Assembly (NCBI GenBank): GCA_034226945.1
Contig: CP120462.1
Span: forward strand, 1-64,000
From: Picochlorum sp. SENEW3
Lineage: Eukaryota
Direction of reading: 5' to 3'
DNA length: 64,000 nucleotides
Positions 59,602-64,000 of the stretch are shown here, in pieces (the first letter of the stretch is position 1; every line of letters begins with the position of its first letter). The notes below the pieces were generated by a model that was not told the origin of the DNA, ran no database searches, and saw only the letters and a program-made list of their open reading frames with translations. Both the position numbers and the translations under genes were made by a program.

Positions 59602-60294
59602 ATGCGGAGAATATTTTTACTCATCATTGCTGCCATGGTTTTGGCCAGCCACGATGGAGTCGATGCTCGGCAACAGAGAGAACTGAGCAGAGAGAGAGCA
59701 GTGTTGCAAACTGATTTTGGTGATATTCACCTCGCCTTTTATCCTACGATTGCCCCTCGCACTGTTGAACTCATTCTTGCACTGTTTGAGTTGGGATGCT
59801 ACAACGCAAATCATTTCTTCAGGGTCGACAAGGGTTTTGTTGCGCAGATTGCTGATGTCCAGAATGGTCGACAGGCACCCATGGACGAGCTACAGCAGAA
59901 ATGGGCATCCAAGACTGTTCCTTTGGAAGTACACGAGGACGTCAAGCATGATAGAGTAGGTATATTGTCCTTGGCAAGGCATGATGATCCAAACAGTGGA
60001 GGATCATCATTCAGTATTCTTCTTGGTCCGGCGCCACACTTGAACATGCAATACACAATTTTTGGCCAAGTCACCAAGGGTATTGAGACATTAGAGTCTC
60101 TCCAACAAGTCGAGACTGTGACTGAAGGCATCTTTGTGATGCCCAAAACGCGAATACATATTCACAGCACCTATGTGCTGTATTCGGATTCCTCTCTGAG
60201 ATGCTCAGAGTCTGTGGACCTGGTCGAAACAAGATTGAATTCGACGCTATGGAGTTTGGAAAGACTAAGGGAAACATCTCTTCCAGGTCATTAA
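59602..60294 (+). CDS. Cyclophilin-type PPIase with signal peptide (CYP23-like)
   Basis: FFRVDKGFVAQ, GILSLARHDDPNSGGSSFSILLGPAPHLNMQYTIFGQVTKG. Confidence 0.92.
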   Translation: MRRIFLLIIAAMVLASHDGVDARQQRELSRERAVLQTDFGDIHLAFYPTIAPRTVELILALFELGCYNANHFFRVDKGFVAQIADVQNGRQAPMDELQQKWASKTVPLEVHEDVKHDRVGILSLARHDDPNSGGSSFSILLGPAPHLNMQYTIFGQVTKGIETLESLQQVETVTEGIFVMPKTRIHIHSTYVLYSDSSLRCSESVDLVETRLNSTLWSLERLRETSLPGH

Positions 60295-60357
60295 TTGCTA
60301 AAGTAATAACAAATTCGAAAAGAATGACCGAAATTCGCAGCTCTTGAAGGAACGACA

Positions 60358-60711
60358 ATGTCCGCCATCTACAGGGGAGGAAAGCTGGGCGATGCCCTCG
60401 TCGAAGCATTAGATGTATTGGTGACGGAGGGGAAGATTGGTGGAGATTTAGCACAGAAAGTATTGGAGGCGTACGACCAAACGATGATGGAGGCGTTAGA
60501 AAAGGACACGAGTGCCAAGGGGACAATCATCGGGAAACTCGATTTGTACAGGTATATTGATAACATTTGGACCTTTGTGCTTTCTAATGCAAAACTGCGT
60601 TCTGCTGTGAGCCAAAGCATTCCGAAAAAGGACGAGAACGAGGAAGATGTGGATGGGGAGGTGAAATTGACAGTGGTGGACGCAAAATTATTGCGTGTTG
60701 CGAGACAGTAA
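60358..60711 (+). CDS. TOA2: Transcription factor IIA gamma subunit
   Basis: IYRGGKLGDALVEALD.LV, GKLDLYRYIDNIWTFVL and VKLTVVDAK. Confidence 0.88.
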   Translation: MSAIYRGGKLGDALVEALDVLVTEGKIGGDLAQKVLEAYDQTMMEALEKDTSAKGTIIGKLDLYRYIDNIWTFVLSNAKLRSAVSQSIPKKDENEEDVDGEVKLTVVDAKLLRVARQ

Positions 60712-60719
60712 TAATTACA

Positions 60720-62289
60720 TTAATACCATGTCCACTTATTTCCTCGCCGTGTAGAGCACTGGAAAAGGGTGCTGGGACTGTACAAGTCTTCCTCAATTTC
60801 CCCAAAGGTTTGGTTGAACATTCGCAACATCTTTTTATAGTGGCCACGCCTACGCGTCTCGAGCCATGTTCGGCCTTTGGGGTGAGGTACATGCATTACG
60901 TACGCACGAGGAGTGACAACGAATATAAAGCCAGTCTTGTGGGCATGCCACGTGTGGACCACCTTGTTGAGCTTGAGGCCCCTGAATCTCTCTGCAGGGA
61001 GAGCACCATACACATGATCATCAACAGTAGCATGCACACATGTAAATAGAAATGAACGTACCATCATACCAAGGCAAAGACGCCTTTCTCGCGAGGTAGA
61101 AGGGTTCATAACCCAGCTGGATATCCATCAACCTGTACGGCTCTGTGCTGCCAATCCATCTGCTAAAGTTGGTGTCAATCTGCCCTATTGGATTACGAAT
61201 CGTCTCGAACGGTTTGATCTTTCCTTTTTCGTGCATTACTTGGATCCTATCTACGCCCTCCAGCGATCGATTGACCCACCTAGATGTGGTCAGATCGTCA
61301 TCCGAGCCTGTCACTGTGAGAGCTGGGAGCACAATCATTTGCCTGTTTGCAGTCACCCTATTCAGCGTCTCATACAGAGACATGACATGCAAGTCGTGCG
61401 ATAAATCCACATTTGGAACGACATCGACATCTACCACCAATACATTTTCTGCATCAGCAAGTTGGAGGGCGCGGTTTCTGAGAGAATTGATGGGGTACAG
61501 CCCCAGGTAAATGTCCCCAGCATTATAATCTTCATACGCCAGGAGAATGTCAAGGGTGCACACATCCTCCATGTCGTGAATTTTCCTAAAGAACGCACCA
61601 ACCTCTTCTTCGGCATCTGATAGAGTCTTGTTCACTTCAGCCGTGTATGCGTTTCCCATGGGGTTTTCTTCGTATGGCAGCTTGACATACACCGCAGCAG
61701 CAATTCTACTGCTCCAGAATTGGCACTGAAACTCGAGTTTATGCAACAAATCTATTGAAAGATGAGTCACGAGTGAAATATCTGTGTAGCGCCGCATTTT
61801 CTGACTCTTCCAGATCTGTCTCACGAGCACATTTGGTACTGTTGGGGGATATTGGCTCTTGCATGCACCATGGAAACGGTCCGTCAGGTTGCCTGCCAGT
61901 GGATCCTCTTTGAATTCCTTCTCGTCTGGCGGAGGCGGTGGAGTATTATCTCTCTCTGCTAACAATGCCGCCAAACTCTGCTGCGGGTCTTCCTCGTCAA
62001 TCGTATCCGTCACACTCCCAGTGAGGAGAGCATGGTTGCCAAGAAAGTTGGGCAGTTTCACGACGCCTAGAATTTTCCTATCTTCTCGTTCCACGTCTCC
62101 CACTTCCGGCTGAGAATCCGCCAGAAAGAGGTATATCTACATCAACATATATAGATCAGGAGAAATGCGAGAATGTTGCCCTGTCCGAACTAGTGTGCGT
62201 ACCAACACGGTCCCAATCGCTCCCAGAAACAGCAATGTCGCTCGGCCAAGGGTGCTGGTTTTCCTACTTGACTTTGGAGATAGTTGCAT
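60720..62289 (-). CDS. GT49-family glycosyltransferase (LARGE/B4GAT1-like), type II membrane, 3 exons
   Basis: ISLVTHLSID, YPINSLRNRAL, DxD motif VVDVD, GYEPFY and LPWYD|ERFRG..LNKV. Introns at ~60992-61061 and ~62135-62202. Confidence 0.85.
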
Positions 62290-62461
62290 TATAAATATTG
62301 ATCAATAATTCTACTTGCAGCATGAAATGCTCAGACTGCGTCCCTGAGAACACTCACAACCACCTCGATGGGATCCACGCCATGTGCTCTATGCGATCTG
62401 TTGCTCCGAATCGGATTAAAGATTCATTCTTTTTATTTACAATCATAAATTGGGGATTACC

Positions 62462-64000
62462 TCAGCGCCTTTGAGCGTACATATAGAGTCCGTTGGATGT
62501 ATGGATCGTGGCTCCGGTGGTCATGCCAATCTCATGATCTTCCTTGAGGGCAAATGTAAAGTTTTTGAGCAGCACAGCCAAGGCCACGACACCTTCCATC
62601 AGTGCAAATTGGTCTCCAACGCATTTGCGAGGCCCTCCACTGAATGGAATGTACTTGAAGTCTGTATTTTGCTCGTTTGGAATAGGGCCATCAATGTCAA
62701 ATCGCTCAGGCTTGAAAGCCTCTGGGTCTTCCCACACATCCGGCGAGTGGTGGATGTTGTACACACTAATCATGACATCCTGGCCAGCGGGCACGGTGTA
62801 TCCTCCTGGCAGTGAGTCCTCTACGAGAGCACGGCGGAGAAGAACTGGTGGGTGAGGGTACAGCCTCATGCTCTCGTTAATGCAACGCATGGTATATTTT
62901 AGTTCTTGGTATTTTGCCAGTGTCATGGGCCCATCATCTTGGCCCAATACTCTATCTATTTCTTCCTGCGCCTTCTTCATGCATTCGGGATTGGTGACCA
63001 GCAAATAGAGAGTCCAGGTCAACACAGAACCAGTGGTCTCGTGTCCTGCCACCAGCATGGACAGCAAATCGTCTCGCAATTGGACGGAGGAGACTTCTTC
63101 ACGAGATGCAATCAAAAACCTGAGCACGGATGGATCACTCTCGTTGACGTAATTGTCGGGATCGAATGCTGCTGCCTCTTCCTCAGCCTCAACCATGGCC
63201 TTGCAGGTTGCAATGAGTTCTTCTGTTGTTTGCCTGATAAGGTCAACCGCTTCCATGGCTTTTCTTTGCCTTGGAATGATATATCGCATGAATGGAATTT
63301 TCCATATCGGTAGTACGTCCGTCGCTCTCTGCTCTGTCTCCTTCAGGCTGGTATACACCGCCTGAATAAGGGGTGAGTTGGTCGTCAAAGAGTTGAAATC
63401 ATAATTGAACACGGCCTTGCCAATCACGTCGAGCGTCAATTGAGAAAAGCAAGCTTCCATATCTATTGCCGCTTTCGGGTTCTTCGCCAACTGCTTATCC
63501 AGTTCATCAACCAGCTGGTGCGCACTCGCGTCAAAGACCCTTTCAATCATTACCTCCAGATATCCTCGATGCAGCGACGGTCCAACCGCCCGTCTCCGTA
63601 TCCTCCACGTCTCTCCTCCATTAATTGCAAATCCTTGTCCGAACAAGAATTCGGACACCTCCGCAACGAGCCCCTTGACGTACACAGGCCTCTGTGGGTT
63701 GTCAGAGCCCCTCAACACATGCTTGGCAGCTTGCGGTTCAGAGATGACCAAAAACGACGACACGGGTCCCGTCGGCAACAGATACACCGGACCAGTCTCC
63801 ACCATCCATTTAAAGAGAGCCTTGAACAATGCGCCGCCCAACAAATCCTGAATGTCCTCAGGCTTGGCATCCGCCACTGGAACATCTGATTTTCCTCCCC
63901 ACAATCTGCCCAGCTGGGTCAGCCACCCAGGGCTCGTGAAACTCGTACCAGCTCCTTCAGCATCAATCAGTTTTCCTGTATCTATCGGCTGATCCAGATC
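62462..64000 (-). CDS. CYP97C: Cytochrome P450 CYP97C (carotenoid epsilon-ring hydroxylase, LUT1-like); 5' end outside window
   Basis: [41 protein letters not shown] and heme motif [10 protein letters not shown]. Confidence 0.93.
   Translation of the reverse strand, partial: DLDQPIDTGKLIDAEGAGTSFTSPGWLTQLGRLWGGKSDVPVADAKPEDIQDLLGGALFKALFKWMVETGPVYLLPTGPVSSFLVISEPQAAKHVLRGSDNPQRPVYVKGLVAEVSEFLFGQGFAINGGETWRIRRRAVGPSLHRGYLEVMIERVFDASAHQLVDELDKQLAKNPKAAIDMEACFSQLTLDVIGKAVFNYDFNSLTTNSPLIQAVYTSLKETEQRATDVLPIWKIPFMRYIIPRQRKAMEAVDLIRQTTEELIATCKAMVEAEEEAAAFDPDNYVNESDPSVLRFLIASREEVSSVQLRDDLLSMLVAGHETTGSVLTWTLYLLVTNPECMKKAQEEIDRVLGQDDGPMTLAKYQELKYTMRCINESMRLYPHPPVLLRRALVEDSLPGGYTVPAGQDVMISVYNIHHSPDVWEDPEAFKPERFDIDGPIPNEQNTDFKYIPFSGGPRKCVGDQFALMEGVVALAVLLKNFTFALKEDHEIGMTTGATIHTSNGLYMYAQRR

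Noticed and set aside
14543..63889. Long antisense or alternate-frame ORFs (e.g. 18584-19303, 45999-46580, 53595-54101)
   Set aside because: They are shadow frames of well-supported genes and carry no motifs of their own.
14462..64000. Functional gene cluster (starch, chlorophyll or carotenoid genes; two nucleoporins)
   Set aside because: These genes are interspersed with unrelated housekeeping genes, as expected by chance in a compact algal genome.

Overview
Eukaryotic nuclear DNA from a compact-genome green alga. Short GT-AG introns, very tight gene packing, TGTAA poly(A) signals and plastid-targeted genes point to a Picochlorum-like trebouxiophyte (inference). The window starts at a contig end with an untrimmed Oxford Nanopore adapter (5-29) and a few telomere-like CCCTATA repeats. 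About 13.1 kb of gene-free, subtelomere-like mosaic follows. It contains duplicated C/A-rich blocks offset by about 6.6 kb, 160-bp and 170-bp satellites, an 11-bp minisatellite, 13 copies of an oriented ~34-bp motif, four copies of a ~190-bp conserved block, tRNA-like heads and decayed ORF relics. From ~13.2 kb onward are about 31 tightly packed genes: Nup43-like, starch synthase III, LSM8, ABC1K, GGH, Nup214-like, NAD synthetase, HDAC, DAP3, CPP1, a diflavin reductase, PAM68, GDC-T, TRM112, ChlG, ABCC, NPL4, UFSP2, TIP41, TFIIA-gamma, CYP97C and others. The best-supported unusual feature is a circularly permuted tRNA-Leu(UAA) gene on the minus strand (59350-59452). Its 3' half precedes its 5' half, and the flanks form a bulge-helix-bulge at the 37/38 junction. 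Gene calls rest on motif recognition by eye; no database searches were run.
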